64,000 nucleotides of DNA from positions 186,001 through 250,000 of the forward strand of contig NW_026855294.1 in the NCBI RefSeq assembly GCF_026571515.1. The letters are read 5' to 3'. Each line of letters opens with the position of its first letter. Positions within the stretch are counted from its first letter, which is position 1. This stretch comes from Ruditapes philippinarum. Taxonomy: Eukaryota. The translations under genes were made by a program, and so were the position numbers. Positions 26,741 through 39,198 of this stretch are shown here, one piece after another. Under the pieces are notes generated by a model. It saw only the letters and a list, made by a program, of their open reading frames with translations. It ran no database searches and was not told where the DNA came from.

Positions 26741-28806
26741 CTAAATGTCTATCAACCTCTGTCTTTTTAGGGTGAATAGTGGCATTTGGAATTTTCGCTT
26801 CCTTGTGTAGCTGCCCATTTCTATGTCTGACGGTTCTTCCGTCTGCTTATAGAATGCTTCCCATCCCCTCAGAAAAGTAGCCTCCGCACCGGCTTTGTCG
26901 ATGAATTTGTTTCTTCTGTAACCAGGCGTGTATGTCACCGACTGGTCCACCTCGTTTATCTGCAGGTAGCCTGCCTTCAGTAAAAGATTGATCAAGTTTT
27001 CTATAGGAACTGTGGTTTGTTCGCAAGCCAACTTCATCATTTCGTTAGAGAATTCATTTCCGCTCACACCGTTACACTCGGTAAGTGAACTCAAATATTT
27101 ACGTAGATTGTCTCTACATCGTTCATTAGCTTCTGCATCGTCAAACAACATAATTGCCCCGGTGCGTTGTGATAATTGCTTTACGGTCTTTAAAATATAT
27201 TCCTGAAATCCACGCAGCGTTTCTCGGGAAGTATCCGAAGACGTATCCATCCTGTCAAACATACTTCGAATTCTTTGGAATGATTTTCCCTTGGCTGGTT
27301 TACGTTTTCCAGGATATATCAAAACGGACCCTAGAGCGCTTGTATTATTTAGCTGGAACGTCTTCACAGAGATAGAAGACCCCAGTCGAACATTCAGAGT
27401 TATCTCATCTCCTTCATCGATTTTGTTTTCCTTAGATATCTTTGACATTAGAACATACCTGGGCGACGCAACATACGTAATGTGACCAACACTTTTAACA
27501 AAAGTTTTAAACTGATGCAAGGTTTCCGGTTTCTTTTCCGTTGCCCACAACTTAAGAATAACATGCACAACTTCCGGCTCGATTCCTACAGGCCATAAAA
27601 AGAGCGGCGAATTCAACAAACTTTGTTTTCTTTCTTCGACGTCGGCTGGTTCTTCTTGATGATTTTGATTTCCACAATCGTTGCTAGTTTCCATTTTCTC
27701 AATTTTCGGTTGATTCTTCGGATACGATTTATATGCTGGATATTTGTTTATATACATGTCCTCACAGTACGCTCCTATTGCTTCAATTCTGGCGTTCTGA
27801 ATAGAATCATTGGCCTGTTTAATAAACGAAGAAAACAAATGATATGTACAGGCTGATGCCTTTCCAAGATTAGCTTTAATCTCTTCTATCCATTTCTCCC
27901 ACGCGTTTGAAAGTTCATTCAGAGAAACAGTGTCCGGAAATTTGTAACTGACCAATTCCAGCCACTGGTGCATTATGTCAAGGTGCTCGAGATGCCTCGT
28001 GATTTTGTCGACATCTAAATGGGAGTCAACGCTGCATGCTGATGCAATTGCAAAAGCTGGGTTCTCTGTGTCTATCATACGAAGTTTCTGTGAATACCAG
28101 TCCTAAAGTGTAAAATAAATTATTGTATATTTTCTTTATGGAATGGTTTCCTTTATCTGCAACAAAATCAATGTGCATGTATTCTGAATGAATAAAGTTT
28201 TCTAACAGGTTAAATCTAACGTACTGGCTGACCTCAGACATAAAAGTTTGAGTGTAACTATTAAGTAAATAGATCTACATATACTAATATGGCACACATG
28301 TATAATGCTAAAATCGAAAGTAGACACAATTAGAAATTTTTACTTCCATTACTTGGAATGCTATAATTTTAAACAATGGTCAAAACTTACTTAGGCCTTA
28401 ACATCGACATGTTTGTTTCTTTGAATATCATGACAAGGTAGCTATATAATTATATAAAAGATTTACTTACGTGCACTTTACTTTCGATTTCAATGTGCAA
28501 ATCCGAATCACAAGGCAACACAAAGAAATGTCGCCCTTCATCCTGCGCTCGTTTAAACGCCGCTTCGGCAATTGCGATGTCCAGATCGGAATCTGTTTTA
28601 TGAACCACTTCCTCGTTCTTTAACGGAACTGCACTATCCGTGGTTAGTAAATAAATCAGAATCTGGTTCACAAAAATGACCTCTGATTCCTTTTTGAGTG
28701 TATTTTTCAACTTTTCTAAGGTTTTCGGGCGACACTCTGTTAATCCATGTGACATACTGTCCAGTTTGGCTACGCATCTTGACAATAGTTTATGATCATT
28801 TGCCAT
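26741..28806 (-). CDS. Uncharacterised protein, about 565 aa, 2 exons, with a basic NLS-like C-terminus
   Basis: Exon 1 is 28806-28471 (112 codons, donor GTAAGT, phase 0). Exon 2 is 28102-26741 (acceptor TTTAG, phase 0, 454 codons including stop) and contains the 445-aa ORF. A long ORF in AT-rich DNA with TATA and CCAAT boxes upstream. No family recognised. Confidence 0.75.
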
Positions 28807-28876
28807 TTTGCCGACTTATTCCTTTTAAAACAATGAAAACTTAAATTTGATTCAGGGTTTTTCCAACATGTTACTA

Positions 28877-29009
28877 TTTATAAGTACAACAGTACACACT
28901 CTTATCGATCCCGCCACAAATGTTTATTTATAGATCCTAAAACGCCGCTGTATAGGCTATAATGATTGGATAAACCGCTCGGTTGTCTCCGACAGGAATT
29001 ACTTATTGG
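28877..29009 (-). promoter_or_regulatory. TATA plus two CCAAT boxes upstream of the orphan gene
   Basis: On the minus strand: TATAAA at 28877-28882 (about 70 nt before the ATG) and CCAAT at 28965-28969 and 29005-29009. Confidence 0.5.
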
Positions 29010-30435
29010 AGGCCCTGACTGCGTTTATTTAACACAAAATATTGAAAATAATTTGCGGGTTTTCGAATAGTTTCGGTGTAAGCATTTCTGTTAGAATCTG
29101 GCAAATTCGTAAAACACCGATTTTTATAATTAAACATTGCAAAAGTACGATGTTATTGATAGTCCAACAACCCTGAAATTTTCTCATACCTATTAAATAC
29201 ATATATCACGACGTTCAAAAGGGCGAAAACCTCATGTATTAATTTATCTTTTAATAAGTTTCAATAAAAAAAAAGTTGGTTTTCATTTATAAAAAAAATA
29301 TGTTTGTAATCATGTACTATGCAACAAAATAGAGTGACATATCGCTTGTGCAAGCAACTAAATGCACTTATTGACTATAAATATAAAATATTTTTTATTA
29401 TATTTTATATAATATATAGTCCAGCTTCATCTGTGAAGCTGCATTGATCAAAGTATATTTTGCACGTTTTGAGTCCTGTTATTAAAGGCCCATTAAGCCT
29501 AAAAATACTATTATAGCTCACTTTGATATGTTTTGGTCAGTATTTTTATTTTCCTATTAAAAATATCCAACACCACCACATTCATAAAATACTTTCAGGA
29601 ATGTCCATAGTGAATTGATAAACATGTCTGCTTCTTGTTTTGCAAAAGTATACATGTACAGATTCCTAAGAAACGTATGTAGTGAGGTTGCTTGTAATAA
29701 ACATGGCGTACAACGGTTTGTTTATGTAACCAATGAGCTTCCAGCGCTTACATCATGTGATCACCCAAAATAAATCATTATTGGACCCAAACTTACCAAA
29801 GTAGCTTCATGATTATTTTGCCAGTCCAAAATACCAATTTTATTTCAATATTGTACTCCAATAAGACTCTTTTTTTGTTTTTCCAAACTTCCATATCAGA
29901 TCTTCTACGTGCTTTTAAGTATTAATTTTTTGACAAAATGTCATAATTTTGGTAGGTGGAAATCATATTAACATAAAACGAGTCAAAATATTTTTTTAGA
30001 AAAATAATTTTTTGCCAAAACAAATATTACAATAAAATGCAGAATTGAAATACAATATAAAATATGGCTGAAAAATAGCACTCTGATATTCACGCTAATT
30101 AATTATAGAACTGATACCATACGGAGAAAAACTGACATACCGTTCACCAGAATGGGTATCCTCAATTTATGTAATTTTCAAATTGAAAAATAAAAGCACA
30201 GTTTGATCTTGATTCATACAAGAAAACCCCATCCGAGTATGATTGTTCGTTAGCGTAGTGAGAAATGTGGCATTAAGTTCATTTCGCCATATTTTAAAAC
30301 GGATTCACCGCTGTGAAATTTCCATAAAATAAACATTGGTTGCCGTCCCACACAGAGCTCCGATCTTTGAAAACTATGCGGTGTGTTCACAAGTAATCAC
30401 TTTCGCTACATGGAGTGTTCATCCGTCATCTTCCG

Positions 30436-30546
30436 TGTGACATCACTTTCAAGCAGACGCTCATTAGATAATTGAAATAAAAGATGGCATTGTACTTGTG
30501 ACATCACTTTCAATCGGACGCTCATTAGATAATTGAAAATAAAAGA
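30436..30546. repeat. Direct duplication (period 61 bp) upstream of the Irx-like ATG
   Basis: TGTGACATCACTTTCAA...GACGCTCATTAGATAATTGAAA twice (30436 and 30497). Confidence 0.85.
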
Positions 30547-30669
30547 CAGCGAGTTATTCTGGCGGTTGTTTAAAACCAATGTTTCCTCGCAGTGTCTAAC
30601 CAAAACAATTCAAGATCTTTTAGCGAACAGTAATTATTCATTATCAAGATTTATAGTATTATTTAAAAT

Positions 30670-33600
30670 ATGGAAAAAGAAATATCACCTAGCCACCATG
30701 CGAGAGATTGTTCTATACCGTTTGGTGATTTGAATCTAGAAACTATTTTCCAAGGATCGTGCACTTCTAAAACGGTAAGAAAATAAGTTTATTTATATCA
30801 CTTTTCAATTAAAATGATACACCTTTCAAGGAAAATGCTCAGTATGCTTTATGGTAATAAAAATTGGTAATTTTAGAGTAATAAGTTGCAAAGCGTGCTT
30901 TGTGTGTATCTGATGAAATATTTGTAAATATTTAAAAACAGTAAAGTTAAGTTGTTTTCATAAACAGGATCATTTCTTAAAAAGATTTATGAAATAGAAT
31001 ATCTATGTTATTTAGTAAACATGAATGTTGTACGAAAACATAATAAAATGTTCCGGAACAAAATATTATATTGCTATTTTTAGCAGGGCTGGCGGTTGTT
31101 CCACGCATGCCCACCAACTCGCTTTGAATAAAATATATTTACATTTCTTTCATTCATTTCAATCACAATATGAAAATTAATTTTACAACCCTTAGACATG
31201 TTAGACAACAGTCATATAGCTTTATACACTTTTAAAATAGCACTATAACGTGACGGCGCACATATGCCTAAATGACTTGTTTCTGTCTAATTTTTTACCA
31301 TTTTATAAGAATTTGGACGAAATTACATGTACAACACAATCTCAAAAATACGATTATTTCATTTGAAAAGTTTAAATCGTTTGTCTACATTTTTATTGTA
31401 TTTTATATATGTGACTGCATAAGACTAATCTTTAAATAAGTATGATAGTATAAAGAGTGATATTTTTTATTACATATGACATAAAAAAAGAAGTTTTCGA
31501 AAACGCTTTCCAATCAAATTGGGCTAAAAATGCGGTGAATATCGATTTTCAAGTATACTTCTTTATCATCATTTTCCTACGTTTTCCTAGTGTCCATTTA
31601 ACCCCAGACATGCTTCAATTTTTATTCTCAAAAGATTTTATTTTATAATGTCCTGTTAATGTTTCTAAAAGGTTACTCACCGGTTACTTATTTTAACCAT
31701 CTTTTGCTACTGTTGCTTTTTTGGCAATTAGAAGAGTTATATACTAGTATATATAATAGTGATTTAGTATTTTGTACTTTGTTTACATTTTGTTTTTTTA
31801 TGACAAATAATTAATTTCACATTCACGCAGTGCTCATTTCTGAAGGTGTTAAGCATCATTTAAATGTTATATAAAATTCATGTTTGCCTTTCTAGTCTGA
31901 GGCATAATTTGCCTTTAAGCTTTTTAATCTCAGTTGAGCTTTTTAATAAAATGAGGGTACGTATATATGTATATATCATACCAACGTATGGGAAAAGCTA
32001 CTATTTCTAAAACGGCCTTTGTACAGATTTTACAAAATAAATTATCTTTGTCAAATTTATGTTTTGAAAAAGACTTCCATAAAATCAAGAGAGCCGCAAA
32101 TTTTGCTTTAATGTGATCATTTTCTTAATCTATATTTTCCTAAAAATGTTAGTTTTGTTACTGGTATGGTATCCTATAATTATTTAGTTTATTTTAATGG
32201 AAAGAGAAACAATAACGAGTAAAATAAATAACATACAAACAAAAATTTAACCTGCAACGATGCATTTTACTGTATCATATTTCTAACTTTATATCTGTCT
32301 GTTCTTCATATACTTGCAGGATAACTCAATTCCATTTTTAATATATTTGCAGGATTAATCAATTCCAATTTTTTCATATATTTGCAGGATTAATCAATTC
32401 CATTTTTCATATATTTGCAGGATTAATCAATTCCATTTTTCATATATTTGCAGGATTAATCAATTCCAATTTGTCTCATAATTATATTTACAAGATTAAT
32501 CAAGTCCAGTTTTCATATTTTTGCGATGTTTAATCATTCCCACGGTTCGATAAATCAGTCACTTTTTCATATTTTTGGAGGATAAATCAATCCCATGTTT
32601 GGTATATTTCCGTATAAAAAATTCAGTTTTATTTTCATGTATTTGCGGGATTAATCAATCCCATATTTATCCTGCAGAATTCAGAATATTTCTTTGTGTG
32701 TTTGGAACTTCTTCCATCCTGACGAATTTGTAAACAAAATTACCACGCCAAAATTCCGGACGCCCTTCCGGAAAACTTGCTTTCGTTCATTGTTCTGGAC
32801 ATATAATCGTCTGATATCAAAGGCAGTTGCTTTACTTTTCCTTTCAAAGTCTCAGATGTTGTGTGTGTTGTATTTTGTTGTTGTTGTTGTTTGTTGTTAT
32901 TTTTTCTATAAAATTATTTATAAAATAACCAAATGAATAAATATATACCTACCATATTAACCCTCTATGATTTACACACAGGAGTATAACAGACTCGGGG
33001 CTGTTGTGGAGAGCAGTCTTCCCTTTTGGTATATTCAAAACAACGCCATGACGTCACATTCGCCTTACAAACCATCGCTGTAAGAATGTTGCTACCTTTT
33101 CACATATTTATATATTATTTATTAAAGAAAAAGAGTTGAAATATCTCAAGTTACTACGATGCCTAACAAAATAACAAAAGATTTTTAAATAATTATCATG
33201 CTATAAAGATAAAATGAGCCGCGTCATGACAAAACCAACATAATGGGTTTGCGACCAGCATGGATCCAGACCAGCCTGCGCATCCATGCTGTTCGCTTAC
33301 AAATCCTACTACAAGTAGAGAAACTGATAGCGAACAGCATGGATCCTGATCAGACTGCGCGGATGCGCAGGCTGGTTTGGATCCATGCTGGTCGCAAACC
33401 CATTATGTTGGTTTTGTCATGACACGGCTCAAATGTCTAAATAAATGTTAACGCTTGCCACGCTAAATATCTTAAATGGCCTTGTCCATGATTACCATTC
33501 ATTTATTTTAATACGAAAAAAAAATTAAAATATGTACTGACTGAAATATCAGTGGAAATATTGGCCAGTCGCCGCCAGCAGCCATTAGAAATAGGGTCTT

Positions 33601-34119
33601 TTAAACAGATTTATTTTATTTGAAAGAGCCTAATAAATCTTATAATATTATTCATTATTACATTAATGTTTTTATTTTCTAAGCGACAATTAAAATACCA
33701 CAAAGGCACAGGATAAAGTTCATATAAAGACACATGTTGAAAACATTTTTATGTTTAATGATTTATACTCAAATAGTGTATATATAATAGCACGATACCG
33801 TAATTAATATGAATAACCATGAATATGACCATTTTACAGGATGTACCATGCAACTGATCACGTGAACATTATCAGGAGAAAGCCGGTCGCAAAAGACAAC
33901 ACGGGTGCCTTGAAATTGTGGCTACTACAGCATAAAAAGAACCCTTATCCAAACAAACCGGAGAAAATCATGCTCGCCATTTTGTCCAAAATGACCTTGA
34001 CACAGGTGTCCACGTGGTTTGCTAATGCCAGAAGGAGGCTGAAAAAAGAGTTTCCCGAGGATGATTTTGATATCTTAACAGATTCGTTACAAACAAACAG
34101 TTGCTTTTCCGACAATTAG
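30670..34119 (+). CDS. Irx-like: Iroquois-type TALE homeobox protein, short and divergent (about 160 aa, 3 exons)
   Basis: Exons 30670-30774, 32982-33079, 33840-34119 (GT-AG, phases 0 and 2). Homeodomain [59 protein letters not shown] has the TALE PYP loop and the Irx-diagnostic [28 protein letters not shown]. The homeobox exon is secure; the two upstream exons rest on splice and phase logic. Confidence 0.85.
32307..32670. repeat. 33-bp tandem repeat in Irx-like intron 1
   Basis: Unit CATATATTTGCAGGATTAATCAATTCCATTTTT at 32375, 32408 and 32441, plus degenerate flanking units. Confidence 0.9.
33212..33434. mobile_element. Palindromic MITE (same family) in Irx-like intron 2
   Basis: TGAGCCGCGTCATGACAAAACCAACAT...ATGTTGGTTTTGTCATGACACGGCTCA. 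Confidence 0.85.
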
Positions 34120-35595
34120 ACTTTAGACACATTCATGATGTAGTGGAAAGTGTGAAAAACTTTGATATTGTTTACGGAAAAAAAACAAGAAGTATCTTTA
34201 AAAAGATACTCGGCCGAAGTCAAACTTGTTAATTTGCATAGGATAAGCTACTACTAACCATGCTAACCGCAAACAGAACATTTATTCGTCCTCAATAGTT
34301 TTATTTCAGTTCATTTTACCCGGAACGTTTTTCCCCATTAATTGTCATCTTAGATTTAATCATTATTACTTACATTATTTGAGTTTAATCAAAATGGAAT
34401 TTGATTTGAATAGGAATTTATAATAAAACAAAGATTTGATAGATACTGTACACTTATTCCACGGAGAATTTTGCAACTGTAAATTAGTCGAAAGTTCGTT
34501 TCAATCGTCTTATGTCTGGTTCGGGAAGAGAATATAATGACTAGAACAGCTTAGATGAGAAACCCAATCGAACGCAAAAGTATCAAAAAGGCGATCTTTT
34601 ATTTTATATATTTATTGAAAAGCTGTTAGAAACATCTAGAAAATATCATTATTGTGTTTTTATATTTATTCTGACTTATATCTTTTTCCAACACTTCTTG
34701 CCATCGCGCAATCGAACAAACCTCTACCTATATTGGAAGCTCTTCTAAAGTATCAATCGAACAGGCTATTAGTGTTAAAATGACCAATGAAAATTCTGCC
34801 TATAGATATTCATTTCTTTACTGTTATTTTTAGCGGAAATCAGGGTGAAATCAGACGGCCTTCGGCCGAAAAAAAAAAAGAACAAAAAATGAAAAATAGA
34901 AACATGTAGAACAGCCGACATTTTGAAAATTAACTGAACAGAATTATAAGCAGTTGTTTCCTTTTTAGAATTCCAAGACGCAAAATGCAGTTTACTATTG
35001 CGTTCTATATATTTGATAACTGTTGTGTGTACTTTCTCGTTAAAAGCAGACGGTAATAGTGTTTCTAGAAAGGTTGGTGCTTATATCGTATGCCGCGACA
35101 CTGCAATCCCAAATATTTTAGGCACGACTTACACGAACTTTACGCTGCACAATTTCACAAAAGAGTCCTTTCTTACTTCTTATATTTCAGTCTTAAAGAC
35201 CTAGTTTGTTGGACGAAAACGATTTGTCTTTAGTGATTTATTTATAATGACGGAATATTTAAATGAAAACCTTGCAATATTATATGAAAAATGTCTTTTT
35301 CCACTCTAAAATGCTCCTAGAAATATTGTAGGGATATTCAGAAATGTCATGAACTATATTCAACAGAGAAGTAATTTAATTGATAACTTGACGTCATTTG
35401 GTAACGCCGTCACAGTTTTCGTCACGACGTGTCGACGCTACCATCTACCGGACAAAAATCAGACATTTTGTAGTATGGCTAACAAGCAAATCTTGGTAGA
35501 AGTAATTTATTTTCGTGTACATGTACTTGATTCGTTAAATAAATTGTATATCTAAATATATGTTCTTTGTGTTCGCTTTCCGAAATTTTCGTGTG

Positions 35596-35774
35596 CACGT
35601 GGGAGGAACTGTTACATGAAGGATGGAGTTCTAATGATAACTTGTCAGGAGTTCTTATGATAACTGTCACGGAGTTCCTGGAAAACGTTACGGACCTCGT
35701 CGGAAAACTTTATAAGAACTTCGGGCAAGTTATCATAAGAACTCCATCCTTCGTGTAACAGCTTCTTACCCGTG
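35596..35774. mobile_element. Short MITE with CAC..GTG ends
   Basis: About 50-bp TIRs (CACGTGGGAGGAACTGTTACATGAAGGATGGAGTTCT / AGAACTCCATCCTTCGTGTAACAGCTTCTTACCCGTG). Flanks GTGTG/GTCTG give a 5-bp TSD with one mismatch. A truncated copy is at 9304-9395. Confidence 0.75.
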
Positions 35775-36090
35775 GTCTGTAAATTGATTATACCCCACGA
35801 GGGCCTTAAAACCCATGCACACGCACTCGATAGGGAAATTTAAAACGGAAGAATACAATATGCCTTAGGTGACTAAGTATAATTAAGAGTAACGAACAAG
35901 ATGAAAAGAGTACAAAAAAACTACCATCAATGTTGTGAATATTCTACAAGCATATCTAAACATTTCTAATGTTACAAAAACATTTTATAACCAAGTAAAA
36001 GCTATATGAAATGTGAAAAAGGAAAAAAAAAACATCAGGTGCATAGTCCTGTCCAGCAGAGGGACGGAATCCAGTAGTCTATTATTTTTT

Positions 36091-36381
36091 ATCGTGGCTG
36101 ATTTGTGCCATGTCGCATTTTTGCTCGGCGGGTCACAATTTAAGAGAGAAAAAAACACGAAAATATGACAAAGTGATAACTTTATCGTATGTTCGTGTTT
36201 TCGCCTTATGCTCCGTGGGCGGGGCGCCAGACGAATCCACCTTGACGTATTTTGTTCCGCGGAGCGCCAGGTAAAAAAGTTACCACTTTATTGTTGCGAC
36301 AAGCGAAAACAAGAAAATACGACAAAGTGATCACTTGACAAAGCGGAGCAAAAATACATCATGGCACAAATCAGCCACCAT
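36091..36381. mobile_element. MITE, family unassigned
   Basis: TIRs GTGGCTGATTTGTGCCATG / CATGGCACAAATCAGCCAC. Confidence 0.7.
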
Positions 36382-36478
36382 TTTTTATAATAATTTGCGC
36401 TCGAAATAATTATTAAGTAGGCTTATAAAGAATTATTAATACTTTATTCTTTTGTTAATATACAATCGACACATAGTG

Positions 36479-36837
36479 TTAAAGCTGCATGCCTCCAGAT
36501 GAGCGAAAATATTTCGATATAATCAAACTTGAGAAAATGTACTTAGATTTTTGGAAAAGTAAATATATTCAAGATTCACGTAATAATTGACATGTTATGT
36601 ACGATTAATGACTGATTTTTTCAGTATTTATAACTATATTTCTACTGCGTTACTAACGCAGTAAGGGCTATTTTTGCATATTTTGTCCTCTTTTTCGAAA
36701 TTTACGTGGGTTGTAAGTGCCATTGCATGATAATGTGTAAATTGCTTCCTTTTGGTTATTTCACTTAATGATACGTTTAAAAACATTTTCAAAATTTTCA
36801 TGAAAATTAGCATGAATCTGGAGGCGTGCTGCTTTAA
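36479..36837. mobile_element. TTAA-target MITE family 1 (Kolobok-like)
   Basis: TTAA|AGCTGCATGCCTCCAGAT...ATCTGGAGGCGTGCTGCT|TTAA; related copies at 25116-25430 and 19373-19704. Confidence 0.8.
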
Positions 36838-39132
36838 TTTGCTCACATGAAAGGCTATCTTTTCGAAGAGTTATGTAAATTATTAAACAAAATATATTAG
36901 GTTTTTTGATGATCGAATTATTTGCATGGACAGTAAAATTTAAATCAATGGCTTAAAACAAGCATATTACCAAATTAAATTGTGGTAGTCAAAATTATTA
37001 ATAATTAGCAACTTGAGTTGATTGGCGTCCGCGCCGAAGCGCGGCGCCCTTATGGAATGAAATCAGATTTTGTGAATGGGCGACAGCAACTTCTCGAGCC
37101 TTTTAGTCGGTCATAATAAAAGCCGATCATTCCGATCGGTATGAGGGTGCTTGATTAAAAAAAATGTCTCGATATGTACAATGAATAGCGAACTGGAGAA
37201 TTTCGCAATGCATGAAATAACCTTTTCCGTCTCTTCGGTTTTTTATTTATCATTTTGTAGTACACAGTGGGTTATTATGGTATGTTAAAATAGAATGATG
37301 AGTTGATGACCTAAACATTCCGAAAATCTATTTATAGAGGGATGTACTGCTATCGGTAATTCCCGGTCTCTCCCGGTCTATTTTGACCGGGATTTACTAG
37401 TGACCGGCGAATAGTATCACACGTTTATTGTCCGGTCTCTCCCGGTTTTCGAGTAGATGTTTGATATCGTTACAGAACATAACAAATATTTTACAGATAA
37501 ATAAGCTTTTTTTCTAAAATGAATGTTTGTCACTTAGTTTGGTTACAATAATTAATAAACACAGATCAACTCTCAAATTTATTGATTACTATTATACATA
37601 AACATACAATTCGAAAAAAAAAACCAACAACAATAGCATGTTTCATTTTATCTATATGAGATAAAAACAATAAATATGTGCAATAATTGAGAAAAAGGTA
37701 CATTTTTATGGTATTGATATGACAGTATCAACTTTGAAGCATTTTATTTAATTTGTTATTCGTGTTTAGTAAAGATGCCGAGGAATTATTCAAAGTTACA
37801 AATTAGATTTTATGAATTATTCAATTGATTGATAATTTAAAAACTGATAAAGAAAAATACAAATGTACATGTACATTGTTTAAGAATAAACAATATTATA
37901 TATTGAAAGATTAAGTTAAGTTTTGCCTTATAATCGTCGGTCAATATGACAATTGAATTCTTAAAATTTATTTTACAATTTTGATAAAAAAAAGAGTAGT
38001 AAACGTAAAAACTCAGTATTAAAATAGAACATAAAACACAAAAATAGAGAGGAAAACAATATTCATAAAATCTGTATTTTCATATTAAAATAGATATTAC
38101 AATTATTGTATAATAAACAATTATGCTCAACATAATGAACATGGTAATATAACCAGTGTCATATTTTTACTAAGTGCGAACAGATACCTTAAGAGGGGGT
38201 CTTCGCTAATAGCGATAACATAATAAGAGACAATTCCACAAGTGTGGTGTTGATCATGCGTTACACATATGGATTATAAATGATGGTATACATGTATATC
38301 CTTTGCTATTTATAATCACGATCATAAAGAAATAACAAGTAATATTCTAATCTCTAGCATGCCAATCAAAGTTCATAATGAACAATGTCTTTCGTCCGTT
38401 CATTCTGGTAAAAACAAATTAACCATTGAAAAGTTTATAAGAATATCTTGTCATCATATGTCTACTAGTTCATCTTCACTTTCTGCATTTCTTGCTTGGA
38501 CGCCCTTTGATGCTTTGCATCAATGCTTTTCTTGTATATTCTATATTGTATTTTGTATAATGATGTTCTTTAAATGCCATATTAACCGGTCCGTGCCGAT
38601 ATTAGCCGAAATGTTCCGACTGGTTAGTAATTGAATAATAAACCAATGAAAACTTCCGTTTCACAAGTTATACAACTTTAGGCTAAAGTCTGTACCAAAC
38701 GTATTATAATAGCTGTGTCAATCGTGTGCATTATTATATCTAATATTTAAACAAGTTATAATAAATCTATAACATAAATGAATGGATAATAAATGACAGC
38801 TAGAGAATTAAGTGAATACTCATTCAATCAGAAATATGTAATGGGGGGGGGGGCTAGTGGATAAGGTGTCTGCCTCTCAAATCAGGGATCATGGGTTTGA
38901 GCCCTACTTGGGTCAGGACCATGTTGATGGCACAAATAACCGGTTGGTTCCAAAGTGGCTCAAAAGTGATTAGTATATGTTGTAATCCAGCTTAAATAAA
39001 TATGTTTAAACTTATTAAATTTGTAACAAAGGTCTTATGTTTTAAGATCTAGTCCTAACAAAAGTTAAAAGGAATTCAAAGTCTTTCACTATTTTTAATT
39101 CAAAAGTTCTATCTAAAGTGTATAACTTCCAA

Positions 39133-39136
39133 GTAT

Positions 39137-39195
<59 letters not shown>

Positions 39196-39198
39196 TTT
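39133..39198. repeat. (TATT)n microsatellite
   Basis: About 16 perfect units. Confidence 0.95.

Noticed and set aside
28391-28442. Possible mini-exon in the orphan gene intron
   Set aside because: It would need a 29-nt intron and ends in an in-frame stop; direct exon 1 to exon 2 joining is in phase.
29482-31918. TTAA-AGGC..GCCT-TTAA ends apparently enclosing the Irx-like promoter and exon 1 (TE capture)
   Set aside because: The right end belongs to a self-contained MITE of about 330 bp whose own decayed left end is near 31590, so the two ends need not be a pair.
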